DNA of 50,895 nucleotides from a virus (IMGVR_UViG_3300023443_000116:1-50895); one strand, 5' to 3'; shown: positions 33,745 through 43,270, numbered from the stretch's first letter. The notes: generated from the sequence alone by a model not told the origin. Translations and numbers: made by a program.

Positions 33745-34364
33745 TAGACTTGCAGAACATTGGCACTAAGCGTGGCCCCGGATGAATACGAACTCACCAC
33801 AAACTGAAGACCTTCATGTGAGTTGGTCAGGGTTGTGTTGAGGTCTGCTGTTTTAGATGTAAGGGCTGATATTGCAATCCAGTTAACCGTATCTGTGCCC
33901 TGCACATCTATGAAGGTTTCGTTTACCGTGTAGTTAATCGTGCCACCAATATCTATAGCAATGGTAGTTCCGGTGTGGTTATAGCGGTTCATGGGAACAG
34001 TTTGTGATTTTGCTTCATCGGAAACCCCTGCTGACATATTGGTGCCGATTGAAGCGCTAGAGGCAATTTGAGAAATGGTCTTCCAATATTTCGCAGTTGT
34101 CACTGTGTTGCTTACCGGCGCGGAAATCGTTTCAGTAGTCCCCACGCCAAGTTCGGTTGTCCCTGTAATTGTCAGTGTTGCCGCTGATACATCGGCGGCA
34201 CTTTCAAAATCAATCTTCTGAGCAGTCGGCAAAGAAAGTGTCCCCGAACTTGTCAAAGAACCATTCAAGTTAAGATCACCAGCCGCAGTTAGTGTTTGAT
34301 CCTGTGCAACATTTGTGATTGAAGGGACTTGCAGAATAAAATCAAGCCGTTTATTTCTAGACAT
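33744..34364 (-). CDS. Virion structural protein
   Basis: Beta-rich, Thr/Ser-rich; LTITGT...G....ETI.......V.T..Y.KTI..I. Confidence 0.7.
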   Translation of the reverse strand: MSRNKRLDFILQVPSITNVAQDQTLTAAGDLNLNGSLTSSGTLSLPTAQKIDFESAADVSAATLTITGTTELGVGTTETISAPVSNTVTTAKYWKTISQIASSASIGTNMSAGVSDEAKSQTVPMNRYNHTGTTIAIDIGGTINYTVNETFIDVQGTDTVNWIAISALTSKTADLNTTLTNSHEGLQFVVSSYSSGATLSANVLQV

Positions 34365-34373
34365 ATTTTTCTC

Positions 34374-34706
34374 CTAAGTTACGGCAAAGGTTCCTACATC
34401 GCTAATAAATATATCGGGACCTCCACCGGTATTTTTATAAGTTAAAATTGCTGTATATGTACCGGCAACATCAAGATCGCCGGTCAATATGGTATATTGC
34501 GCCCAAGTATTAGCTGCCAATGTCCCTAAAGGAGTTCCCGTTAGTTCTGATGTCCCCAGAGTAGGAACCCACGTATCGGTTGTTACCGCACCACCTGTCG
34601 CGGTTTTGGTTATTGCGGTTGATAATGATGTGTTTGAGGACATATCAAAAGATGTTGCAAATCTGAAGATAATCCCTTCTTCGCCTACCTTAGCCATTAT
34701 GGACAA
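34374..34706 (-). CDS. BppU-N-like fibre adaptor
   Basis: DMS.....I...QY....GDLDVAGTY motif. Confidence 0.65.
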   Translation of the reverse strand: MSIMAKVGEEGIIFRFATSFDMSSNTSLSTAITKTATGGAVTTDTWVPTLGTSELTGTPLGTLAANTWAQYTILTGDLDVAGTYTAILTYKNTGGGPDIFISDVGTFAVT

Positions 34707-36745
34707 ATCTCCGTTTTAATATAAATTGTTTGTTCTCTCATATCACCCAAGACAACAATATCACTACCGTCTATGGTGGTTGAAACTGTTTCTGTGTCTG
34801 TAATTGTATTTTTGACGTAAATGGTTTCAGTTGTCACATCCATTAAGAGATGGACAAGGTTTGTAATTAACGTAGCCACATATTCAAAGCATCTCACCAC
34901 AATTACGCTGGCAGAACCTATAGCCGTGGCTGCAATGGTGATTAACACCGTTTTAAGCCTGCTCACGGACGCAGTACCGATTCCCGAGGCTGCTATGGTC
35001 TTTTTAACCGTCTTGAGCCGTGACAAGGCTGCTGTGCCGATGCCTGAAGCTGCGATTGTTATTCCTCTTGCCACCTTGAAGGCCGCTGTTCCGACCCCAG
35101 AAGCTGCAATCGTCTTGGGGAATCTGGCAACTCTGCCTAAAACAGCAGTACCAACCCCTGAAGTGGCAATAGTCAAAGCAACTGTTTTTAACCTTCCGAC
35201 AACTGCCGTACCAACGCCAGAAGCGGCGATAGTTAAGGCAACTATCTTTCCTCTTCCAACTGAAGCTGTGCCAACACCTGCTGCTGCAATAGTCTTGGCA
35301 ACCGTTTTAAGTCTTGATAACGCCGCCGTACCAACGCCAGAAGCGGCGATAGTCTTGGGAAACCTAGCAACTCTTGATAATATTGCTGTACCCACGCCCG
35401 TTGCAGCGATTGTAATTGCTCTAGCTACGGTAAAAGCTGCTGTGCCAATACCTGATGCAGTTATAGTAACGAAAGTCTTTTTAACAAAATTAGCAGTACC
35501 AACACCACTTGCAGCTATAGTCTTGCCTACAGTTTTTAATCTTGCCAAAACCGCAGTACCAACTCCTGATGAGGCTATGGTAATAGGAAAAGTTGCCGCT
35601 CCCGCATCTGCCTCTAGCGTTAAGGCCCAAGTGGTATTTGCCCCAAGCGTACCAGAAGTTCCGCCTGTATAGCTGAGACTTAAATCATCACCAGCAACAA
35701 AAGTAACCGTGTTCACAGTGTCTTCAATTAACGAAGTCGAAGCCGCCGTGTGGCTTAAAGTAACAGCAGTATCAACACCATTCTTTCTAAGCGTAAATGT
35801 TGCGTTTCCGGTATAAGAATTTGATAGCGCGTGTATTCTCAGGTTGGAAGCCGTACCATCATACTGCATAGAGTGTTTAATGCGTTCTTCATCGGTATTG
35901 TCGTCCACTTCCCTACCTGATATTGGCCAGAAATGAACCGTTGCACTGGCCGTCCTCGTCCCGGCCACAACTCCTATACAATCCTGCTTTGAGTTGGTGG
36001 AGATAAAAGTCGCTCCACAAGTGGTATACACCGTGGCTCCGCCAGAGCCTTCTATCAATTCCGTTTCGACAGTATCAGCAGCCGAATAGGAAACCGCACT
36101 TCCTGTGTCTTCAAATAATCCAGTAGTAGCTGCTGTTATAACCGCCGATTGTGCTGTGGCCGTTCCGTTTACAGCAACAGACGCAGAACCATTCCCAGAA
36201 GTAGTGTTGGAACTCACAAAAATATAGGTTCTTGTTATAGTCCCGGCAGACCTTAAAAGATGAGTATTTGCAAGCGCGCTATTACTTGGCCCCAAAGTTT
36301 GGTTCATATACTGAAAGTCAGTGCCAGCTATAGCATCACCATTGTTATCAACAACATTTAAAATAAAAACCGTATCGCTTGTAGCGTCAAAAACACATGA
36401 AAAGAATTCAGGAGTTAAGGCTGCTACCGTGATTCCGAAGTTTATTTTATCATTAGCACTAACCGCGTCAGTATTGGTGTTGTCAGTAAATTCTCCCGCG
36501 CCAGTGGGGACAACCGTAATTGAAGTATCGGCAGCTCCGTTTCTGACAGTAACCGCGCTACTAGAACCACCAGCCGCGACCCTGACCCATAAATCAGAGA
36601 GAGTACCAGCCGCACCAATAACGGCCTGCATTTGAGCCTCTGTACTACTACCAACTATACTATGAAAAGCAGCCCCCATCGTAAGAAAAGTGCCATCGTT
36701 ACTGTCATCCGTCTGAGCATAATAAAATAGGGTAGTCTTAGCCAT
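34697..36745 (-). CDS. Long fibre ('rope') protein with N-terminal jelly-roll repeats and 12 tandem ~20-aa repeats
   Basis: (K/I)TIAASG(V/I)GTA..SRLKTV repeated 12 times. Confidence 0.8.
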   Translation of the reverse strand: MAKTTLFYYAQTDDSNDGTFLTMGAAFHSIVGSSTEAQMQAVIGAAGTLSDLWVRVAAGGSSSAVTVRNGAADTSITVVPTGAGEFTDNTNTDAVSANDKINFGITVAALTPEFFSCVFDATSDTVFILNVVDNNGDAIAGTDFQYMNQTLGPSNSALANTHLLRSAGTITRTYIFVSSNTTSGNGSASVAVNGTATAQSAVITAATTGLFEDTGSAVSYSAADTVETELIEGSGGATVYTTCGATFISTNSKQDCIGVVAGTRTASATVHFWPISGREVDDNTDEERIKHSMQYDGTASNLRIHALSNSYTGNATFTLRKNGVDTAVTLSHTAASTSLIEDTVNTVTFVAGDDLSLSYTGGTSGTLGANTTWALTLEADAGAATFPITIASSGVGTAVLARLKTVGKTIAASGVGTANFVKKTFVTITASGIGTAAFTVARAITIAATGVGTAILSRVARFPKTIAASGVGTAALSRLKTVAKTIAAAGVGTASVGRGKIVALTIAASGVGTAVVGRLKTVALTIATSGVGTAVLGRVARFPKTIAASGVGTAAFKVARGITIAASGIGTAALSRLKTVKKTIAASGIGTASVSRLKTVLITIAATAIGSASVIVVRCFEYVATLITNLVHLLMDVTTETIYVKNTITDTETVSTTIDGSDIVVLGDMREQTIYIKTEICP

Positions 36746-37040
36746 TGATCGTCACCGCTAAACCGGCACATAAATTCCTAGCTTGTATCTTCTTGTTGGT
36801 GGGGACAACAATGTTGATTACATTGTCCAGTCTTGCCCAATTAAAGGTTTCATCAGTCAGAATAGCAGCAGCAACCAACCTTCCTTGAGCTATGTTCTTA
36901 TCCTGGTTTTCAATCCAGACCTCAAGACCGCGTTGAATCGTGGTGGCTACACCGTCTTCAGAGGCAGCAAACAAAACCCCTTCATCATCGAAATCTATCT
37001 GTACGGTGTCCATTGTGTCTGGAGTGACCCGAGTAGGCAC
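36738..37040 (-). CDS. Hypothetical fibre-module protein
   Basis: GGAG RBS; overlaps the next start. Confidence 0.65.
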   Translation of the reverse strand: MPTRVTPDTMDTVQIDFDDEGVLFAASEDGVATTIQRGLEVWIENQDKNIAQGRLVAAAILTDETFNWARLDNVINIVVPTNKKIQARNLCAGLAVTING

Positions 37041-37044
37041 ATTA

Positions 37045-37407
37045 TTAACTCCAAGTTAAGGTTATCGTGAAGTCGATTTTATCTCCATTCGCCAACACCT
37101 GCCCGGTAAAGTCTCCCTTAATTACCATATTGCCAGCAGTAGCGGCATCGAATACACCTGCGTTGGTAATGGTTCTTGCAGCCGTAGCGGTCATGGTGGC
37201 AGTTAAAGAGTTGATATTTGCAGATGGTTGAGCTTCTGCTAGATTAACTCTAGATTCGCCACTTTCTGTAAAAAGCGTGGTATCTGTTTTTCCCGCAGTG
37301 CCCGCCCCAGTTCCCCACCCGACTAACCAGTTTGTTGGTGCGGAAGCAGTGCCATCAAAGAAGTCAGCAGCTCGGTCTTCGCCTACGTCTGTCCAAATGT
37401 CAGCCAT
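37045..37407 (-). CDS. Small fibre subunit (chain-fibre bead, gp80-like)
   Basis: GWGTG.......DT.L..E...R; ITNAGVFDAATAGNM....F....L.NGD.I.FT. Confidence 0.75.
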   Translation of the reverse strand: MADIWTDVGEDRAADFFDGTASAPTNWLVGWGTGAGTAGKTDTTLFTESGESRVNLAEAQPSANINSLTATMTATAARTITNAGVFDAATAGNMVIKGDFTGQVLANGDKIDFTITLTWS

Positions 37408-37532
37408 TTTTTTAGTCTCCTAAATTGTTCGTATCGTTTGAGTTGTTTTGGGTTTTCGAACCAACGGTCATATTTCTTTTTATAAATCCGCATCTTTATT
37501 GATGCTATACCTTTGGCTTTTGGCCCGATCAT
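37383..37532 (-). CDS. Basic 49-aa hypothetical protein (MIGPKAKG...)
   Basis: Read manually; ATGA-coupled. Confidence 0.5.
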   Translation of the reverse strand: MIGPKAKGIASIKMRIYKKKYDRWFENPKQLKRYEQFRRLKKWLTFGQT

Positions 37533-37696
37533 TTTATTGCAATACCGCTATTAAGCTTTTTAACCAAAAGTTCGCCTTCAGCAGTTGTCAGGTAAATATC
37601 GTCTATACGTCTTGCTTTTCCATTAGCGTCCAGAAATGTTATATTGACCCTAGCCCTGTCTATTTTAGGGTCGTTCAGTTTTGCATTGTGTTTCAT
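37529..37696 (-). CDS. 55-aa hypothetical protein (MKHNAKLND...)
   Basis: AGGAG RBS; read manually. Confidence 0.6.
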   Translation of the reverse strand: MKHNAKLNDPKIDRARVNITFLDANGKARRIDDIYLTTAEGELLVKKLNSGIAIK

Positions 37697-37705
37697 TTGA
37701 ATCTC

Positions 37706-38143
37706 CTAGGTTAAAATAGGTATAAAATAACCCATAATATTAATAAATATCGTAGCGTCATCAGTTTTAGCGTTGATGAATTTGCCTTCACTTGCTAGTA
37801 TATTTGTCGGCAAAAGTGTCACATCCTCACTTCTGATTAAAGCTTCCTCGAATAGAACTCTGTCTTCTGTTAAGGTAATGTCAGAAGTCCCTTCATAAAT
37901 AACTATGGTGGCGTCTATTGTATTGCTGACAAAGCGCCCTGCCTTGATTCTCATTCCGGTAATAACAAACTGTTTGCCTATTTGCGGTTGATAAAAATTA
38001 AATGCTGTATCAATTACGGATAATGATCGGAATTCTGCGAGATCATAGTCAAAAGGGGCCGTAATGACTTGTCCTACACTGGTTACACATGCTCTGTTCT
38101 TGGTGGCTCCCCTGCCGTCAACAATATGAACCGGACCAGTCAT
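37706..38143 (-). CDS. Virion decoration protein, paralog 3
   Basis: I.DG.G....A.V N-terminus plus beta-sandwich. Confidence 0.7.
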   Translation of the reverse strand: MTGPVHIVDGRGATKNRACVTSVGQVITAPFDYDLAEFRSLSVIDTAFNFYQPQIGKQFVITGMRIKAGRFVSNTIDATIVIYEGTSDITLTEDRVLFEEALIRSEDVTLLPTNILASEGKFINAKTDDATIFINIMGYFIPILT

Positions 38144-38682
38144 TGAAAGTGACCAATAATTGTCACATCACAAGCCGCTACATCGCCTACAAAATCAACT
38201 CCTATAGAATCATTTGTGCCAAGGATTACAGCTCCGTCAAAGTTCACCGCGAGAGGCTGGCCAGTTGCCATTATCTCTCCAGATAAAATAATGCCTCCTT
38301 GCGTGTTGTTTGTTTCATCTCTAATTGCTGTTGCCTCTGCCACATTAGCACTTGAAGCATTAAAGTTTACTCCAGTTATGGCCGTGCCAGTAGGCGTGAC
38401 TTCTGTCGTTGGGAGGTGGATTATAACTCTGGTATCAGTGTCTGTTGATAAAATCACAACATCAATATGTAGCGCTTGAGTTGTTGAAATATTTTTAACC
38501 AGCAAAATTGTATCACCAACAGCAGGATCATAAGTTCCGCTTGCCCAAGAAAAAGCCCTTCCTCTGGTCAAAGAAGCAAATTCACACTCCCCCGTTACAA
38601 CTGCTTTTGTTAAAAGTTGTTTGTCAGTGTTAATCCTGGCAATAACACCAGTACCGCCGCCGTCCTCTATCTGAAATCCCAT
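38140..38682 (-). CDS. Virion decoration protein, paralog 2
   Basis: IEDGGGTG..ARI; LLVKN. Confidence 0.7.
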   Translation of the reverse strand: MGFQIEDGGGTGVIARINTDKQLLTKAVVTGECEFASLTRGRAFSWASGTYDPAVGDTILLVKNISTTQALHIDVVILSTDTDTRVIIHLPTTEVTPTGTAITGVNFNASSANVAEATAIRDETNNTQGGIILSGEIMATGQPLAVNFDGAVILGTNDSIGVDFVGDVAACDVTIIGHFQ

Positions 38683-38685
38683 TTT

Positions 38686-39285
38686 CTAATCCTCATTTGC
38701 CGGGTCATCCAGGTGACAAATGAATGCCGCATAGATTTCCATTGATGTGTTGCTAGGTTGCGGGGTTATCTTGACTCCGATTGTTTTACCTTTCGGCAGA
38801 ACTTCATCTATCGCAGCAAATAACCTGCTATTAGCAGTTTGAAAAATTAGAATATGGTCTTCACCATCCGTTAATGTATCTCCAGTGGCACCTTTAAAAG
38901 CATCAACCGCCAAAGTTTGGCTGCTGCCATAATTCCGGTTGGAATTCATGTCAACGTTAGTAGCACCTGAAACTATAGTGCCAACAGTAGGATTACGGAT
39001 AATGGTAACCATTGGAATGCTGCCAGCACCGCCAATACTAGGCCCCATGCCCACAGCAATAGCTGTAATATGGAAATCCCTCTCTTCGTTGTTCTTAACG
39101 TATAAAACCGGAGTTTGAACTGCGTCAGTTAAAGTTATAACTCCAGTGTTTATGTTATAAGAATTACCGTTCTTAGTGGCGTTGTGGTCAGCGGGAACGT
39201 TAACTGCCTGGACATGCGATCTATTATTCGCATCGACCTTTTGCAGAAACGCTGAACCAGTGCCATCGCGTATCATATCGGGCAT
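38686..39285 (-). CDS. Virion decoration protein, paralog 1
   Basis: IRDGTGS....KVD.NNR; LYVKN. Confidence 0.7.
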   Translation of the reverse strand: MPDMIRDGTGSAFLQKVDANNRSHVQAVNVPADHNATKNGNSYNINTGVITLTDAVQTPVLYVKNNEERDFHITAIAVGMGPSIGGAGSIPMVTIIRNPTVGTIVSGATNVDMNSNRNYGSSQTLAVDAFKGATGDTLTDGEDHILIFQTANSRLFAAIDEVLPKGKTIGVKITPQPSNTSMEIYAAFICHLDDPANED

Positions 39286-39301
39286 TTTCTACCTCTTCTT
39301 G

Positions 39302-39487
39302 TTATATGTCTTCTTTAGTGAAATGATTGTCAGTCAATATCTCCATGTGTAAGTTTAATATTTGTAGTTCCTTTAAAATAGCATTCAAAAGAATCATTGC
39401 GTTATCGTCTTCAACAGGGGTTTCTCCCTTGGTACCTTCGATAGTGCTTTTGGGGCCTAATTTATCTAAACTCATCCCAACACCCAT
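39302..39487 (-). CDS. Small coiled-coil structural protein
   Basis: LLNAILKELQILNLHM. Confidence 0.6.
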   Translation of the reverse strand: MGVGMSLDKLGPKSTIEGTKGETPVEDDNAMILLNAILKELQILNLHMEILTDNHFTKEDI

Positions 39488-39726
39488 ATCCTGTAGGGAA
39501 CGCTAGTACCATCTATAATGATGGTCTTGGCAATAAAATCCAAAGCGAGGGTTTCCGTACTTTTTAATGTCGCGAAATCCTGGGAAGCCTTAAACTTGTA
39601 AGACAAATCATTAGAAGCGTGGTCGTTGGTAATTACTATTCTTCTTGATTTTCTCGCAAATGTTAAGGTGGTTTCAGTTGTTACGGTTGCCTCAAAAGGT
39701 TCAAGGTTCGCGTATGTGGTTTGCAT
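39472..39726 (-). CDS. Small beta-sandwich structural protein
   Basis: IVITND....L...F......TLK..E.L. Confidence 0.65.
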   Translation of the reverse strand: MQTTYANLEPFEATVTTETTLTFARKSRRIVITNDHASNDLSYKFKASQDFATLKSTETLALDFIAKTIIIDGTSVPYRIWVLG

Positions 39727-39759
39727 TTAGATTGCTCATAGGTTGGTTCCTACTTTTTA

Positions 39760-39870
39760 TTATTTTTGTTTTTCTTGGGCCGTCCACCTGTCTCTTTTAG
39801 CCTGAAGCAGGGCGCGTATCTCGTCTAAAAGCTTGATAATTTCATCGCCCTGTTCCTTGGTAAGTGACAT
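39760..39870 (-). CDS. 36-aa hypothetical protein (MSLTKEQGDEIIKLL...)
   Basis: GGAG RBS; read manually. Confidence 0.55.
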   Translation of the reverse strand: MSLTKEQGDEIIKLLDEIRALLQAKRDRWTAQEKQK

Positions 39871-39882
39871 TTAAATCTCCAT

Positions 39883-39909
39883 AAAGAAAGCGAGGCCCGA
39901 AGGCCCCGC
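39883..39909 (-). terminator. Rho-independent terminator
   Basis: GCGGGGCC-TTCG-GGCCTCGC followed by TTTCTTT, directly after the 39917 stop. Confidence 0.8.
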
Positions 39910-39916
39910 GTTATCG

Positions 39917-40876
39917 TTAAACAGCAAGTGCGTCTGCAACTGTATCGACTTCCTGAGAAATAAATACAGCACCGTGGTTAACGGTTTCAACAGCAGTTCC
40001 GCCCTTGGTTGTGCAGTTCATCAAGAGAACATCACCACCTGCGGCGGCTACAACGTCAAGCAACTCTGCCATGGCTGTCCCACCACCCTGGATATCATTC
40101 CAGAACAAACAGTCCTTAAAGATACAGAAGCGGTCAATACCACTAGACCCTATCAGCAAAAGCTGTGGGGTTGTGGCATCACTTCTACCATAAATCAGGC
40201 AACCCTCGAAGACATTCCGGGTTGAAGCCCCGGTAATCTCGATTTCAGCCGAAGCAGCACTCCTTGCAATGGTGTCAAGGCCAATCGCACAATGCTTGAA
40301 GAAATGCTCACCATTGCCGGAACCACCGGTAATTTTGAGTGACCTCATGCTTGCGCTATCAGCACCAGTAGCGTTTCCGCCACCAGCTATATGACAGTTG
40401 ATAAAGACATTCCGTTCCCCAGTAATCTCAACACAAATATTAGCAGCATTCGTGGCGAAATTCTGGAAAAGGTGAAGGTTTTGAAACTGACACCCGCTAC
40501 CGCTTACGGTAAGGATAGGTGTTACATCGCTAGTACCACTCGCCGGTGATATTCTGGCCCTTTGAGCAATAAAGCCCGAAGCCGCGACACCAATTAAGTG
40601 AGTGGCGTTTTTCGACCATGTAATTGTAGCGGTTTCTCTTGCTGTGCCAGAAGTCGCCCCGTTACCCATAAGGTAAACAACATCATTGCGACCTGCGGTA
40701 CAAAGTGAATGAGCTTTGCTTAGAGTCTTCAAAGCTCGTTTTGGTGTTAAGCCGGTATTGCCGTCAGATCCGTCATCTCCATCAACGAAGAAGGATTTAG
40801 AGTCCATGCCGAACAACGGCCCGAGGACGGGCACACCAACAGAGGTAATGCCGCCCGGAAAGTTAGTTAGTCCCAT
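39917..40876 (-). CDS. Capsid-associated beta-helix (pectin-lyase-fold) protein
   Basis: MGLTNFP.GI.S.GVP anchor; FFVD...GSD.N.G..P..A.KT; repeated F.NC.I turns. Confidence 0.8.
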   Translation of the reverse strand: MGLTNFPGGITSVGVPVLGPLFGMDSKSFFVDGDDGSDGNTGLTPKRALKTLSKAHSLCTAGRNDVVYLMGNGATSGTARETATITWSKNATHLIGVAASGFIAQRARISPASGTSDVTPILTVSGSGCQFQNLHLFQNFATNAANICVEITGERNVFINCHIAGGGNATGADSASMRSLKITGGSGNGEHFFKHCAIGLDTIARSAASAEIEITGASTRNVFEGCLIYGRSDATTPQLLLIGSSGIDRFCIFKDCLFWNDIQGGGTAMAELLDVVAAAGGDVLLMNCTTKGGTAVETVNHGAVFISQEVDTVADALAV

Positions 40877-40957
40877 TTTTAGTCTCCTAAGTTAATCGCC
40901 ACAGCCGGAGTAGCCAGGGTTGACTTCCCCATGGCGAAAGTTAGATTTCTTAGTTAT

Positions 40958-41716
40958 TTAAGAAAGGTAGTCTATTGCAGCTTTCAAAGACTCCTTTGAA
41001 TCTCTGAAAAGCCCGAGGCCACGGTTACACTGAGAACAGAGAAGGCCTCTTATTTTTCCTGTCTCATGACAGTGATCTACTGCCAAACTAAAGTGTTCAT
41101 CCTTTTTCTTGCAAATCGCACAGGTTCCGTTTTGCGCAGAATACATTTGCCGATATTGTTTCCCAGTTATTCCAAACCTTCTTTTAAGTTCATATTCCTT
41201 ATGTTTTTCCTTTTTTAAACCTCTAGAGGCTCTTTGAAATCTAGCCTGATAAGTCTTATTATCTTCTCCAGGATGTTTTTCTATTATACTTCGCTTCCAA
41301 ATAAAGTTATTGGGGCCAATGGGCTTTGATTCATCCGCCGCAAAAAGTTTATGTTTTTTAGAAGGTCTTTGACCCACATCAGCAACAAATTGAAGAAAAT
41401 CATTTTGCCATTCAGGGGCTATCTTTTTAATACCTCTGTGGCGATAAAGCCATGACCATGCATTGCCTAAAGGATGTTTGTTAATTGCACCCCAAGAATC
41501 AGGACGAGTCTGCTTGGTATGCCCATGTTTTCTTAATCTTTGACGATGTTTATCACAAAGGCCGTGAGAAACTACATAATCTGTGCAATCAGTTATAGAA
41601 CAGTTGCTTCGCTTACTTCTGTCAACATTGCTTCTTTTCCATCTGCTATAGCAAGCATCACACATGCCTCTAGCGACAATTCTTTTATCTCGTTTGCACG
41701 ATTTACAATTAGACAT
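40958..41716 (-). CDS. Endonuclease VII-type HNH homing endonuclease with N-terminal Zn fingers
   Basis: Q.G.CAIC...LAVDHCHETGKIRGLLC..CN.GLG.F.D. Confidence 0.92.
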   Translation of the reverse strand: MSNCKSCKRDKRIVARGMCDACYSRWKRSNVDRSKRSNCSITDCTDYVVSHGLCDKHRQRLRKHGHTKQTRPDSWGAINKHPLGNAWSWLYRHRGIKKIAPEWQNDFLQFVADVGQRPSKKHKLFAADESKPIGPNNFIWKRSIIEKHPGEDNKTYQARFQRASRGLKKEKHKEYELKRRFGITGKQYRQMYSAQNGTCAICKKKDEHFSLAVDHCHETGKIRGLLCSQCNRGLGLFRDSKESLKAAIDYLS

Positions 41717-41775
41717 AGGCTTCTCCTTAGTTTTTACACTAAGAAGAGCCTACATCAATGGTTGGTTTGTGTCAA
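41716..41775 (-). promoter_or_regulatory. Promoter plus RBS-sequestering hairpin of the Endo VII gene
   Basis: TTGACA-N17-TAGGCT; stem TAGGCTCTTCTTAGT/ACTAAGGAGAAGCCTA hides AAGGAG. Confidence 0.75.
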
Positions 41776-41779
41776 GTGG

Positions 41780-42685
41780 TCACGCGCCCGGGCTTCCGAA
41801 CATCCCGCGCCAGTCTGACCATCCACTTGAATAACGATCATCAGCCTTGGCTTTTGCGTTGCCAGTGTCGAAGTCGTTATCACGCTGGAAGCGCTTTTCC
41901 CTGCGGTTGAAGTGAGTCATACCTTCAGGGGCGTTGGTCTGGATAAAGAAAGCGTCCGTATCCGTCAGGTATGGATTAACCAATATACCTTCAGGGAACG
42001 CGCCAGTTGAACGCAATGCGTTTATAGCGTTGTTAGCGGTATCGTTCTGCAAGATTGATTCCAGAATACGATGAGATTCAAATTCTCCTTCATTCGGGAC
42101 AATCAGCATCTTTGGCTGAATAGCAATGGTCAACCCTTTCGAGTTGGTTGCTTTCCTCGTTTGGATAACGAGGTCCTCCAAAGCCGCTTCTGACAAGTCA
42201 GCAGCAGTAGCGATGTGGTTGGATTGCGTACCGTCATCGGTAATATGAGCTGTTGACAGAAGTTCAACACCGTCAGCACCAGTGAAGTTGGAATCAAACG
42301 CGTTATTTAAATGATTCGCGTGGATTACCTCCTTACCTTGGCGCATCGAGAAAGCTAATCTTCCTGCACGTCTCATGCCTACCTCTTCGTAGAGATCGTC
42401 TTCCATTTCTTCCTCGGTGACAATATAACCAAGAGCATACACGGTATGTGTATAATCCTCGATGTCGCCCTGGAATTCATCTTCATAGGAAACCGAAGCC
42501 CCCTGTGGTTTGATGACAGGAAGGCCGAAGCCTTTGATTTCAGGTACACGCTCAAATGCCTTATTGGATGATTCTATGGCAAAAATCTGAGTCCAAATCT
42601 CAGGCTTTTCATCATATTTTGCACCAAAAAAGGCATGGACTCCCGGCCATAGGGCAACGGGATGATTACCAGTAGTAATTGTCAT
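41780..42685 (-). CDS. Major capsid protein
   Basis: LWPG....FG..Y; YALG..VTEE..EDDLY; G.DGV.L.S..H; DFDTGN.K.KA..RYS.GWSD.RG.FGSPGA. Confidence 0.92.
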   Translation of the reverse strand: MTITTGNHPVALWPGVHAFFGAKYDEKPEIWTQIFAIESSNKAFERVPEIKGFGLPVIKPQGASVSYEDEFQGDIEDYTHTVYALGYIVTEEEMEDDLYEEVGMRRAGRLAFSMRQGKEVIHANHLNNAFDSNFTGADGVELLSTAHITDDGTQSNHIATAADLSEAALEDLVIQTRKATNSKGLTIAIQPKMLIVPNEGEFESHRILESILQNDTANNAINALRSTGAFPEGILVNPYLTDTDAFFIQTNAPEGMTHFNRREKRFQRDNDFDTGNAKAKADDRYSSGWSDWRGMFGSPGA

Positions 42686-42694
42686 ACCTACCTC

Positions 42695-43270
42695 CTATAA
42701 ACCAGTTGTGGATTTAAGTTCATGCTCGTTAAGCATTACAATCCATTGGGCGTTAGTGCCAAGAGCGTTGTTGATAATGGGCGCAATTCTGAGCAATCTC
42801 AGTTGAGCACTAGCTGTGCCCTTTGAAGCATCAGAATCAATTTCCATAGCGGAAAGGCCCGTTACGGCAGACCCCGTACCTGGTATCAAATCAATATTCA
42901 ATCCGGTATCCGTAATGGCTAAAGCACCGCCATCAGAATCTTCCTGAATAATGAAAAGTTGGTAAGGGTCGTCTAATATCCAGACAAAATCAGCCGTCAA
43001 AGCTGGCGAGTGTATCGTGCCTGGAGAGTCTGGGTTTTCTTTCCTGACCCCCATAAAAATACCGCGAATGGGATTATCTGCGTCTGCCTGTTCGACAATC
43101 GGTGTCGAATGTTCGTCAGTATGTGCAGTCCCAGTCGTGGTGACAGCATCTCCGACAAAGAGAGCCTGCCCGTCCAAAACGTCTTTATAGTAAAGGTTTA
43201 ACTGCCCAGTCGTAACATGACCGAGCGCGTTTACAGGTCGAAAACCGCGTGGCGCATCTGCATTTGCCAT
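42695..43270 (-). CDS. Capsid cement/decoration protein
   Basis: MAN.DAP.G.RPV; F.GD.V; DDP...F.IQ; G...TG.S. Confidence 0.8.
   Translation of the reverse strand: MANADAPRGFRPVNALGHVTTGQLNLYYKDVLDGQALFVGDAVTTTGTAHTDEHSTPIVEQADADNPIRGIFMGVRKENPDSPGTIHSPALTADFVWILDDPYQLFIIQEDSDGGALAITDTGLNIDLIPGTGSAVTGLSAMEIDSDASKGTASAQLRLLRIAPIINNALGTNAQWIVMLNEHELKSTTGL

Noticed and set aside
34900-35600. CRISPR or TIGR-like array
   Set aside because: The ~60-nt periodicity is a protein-coding repeat with wobble-position variation and no unique spacers
40896-40937. Small three-way junction upstream of the beta-helix gene
   Set aside because: The stems are short and could be a simple mRNA processing or stability element; the evidence is too weak to call an RNA gene
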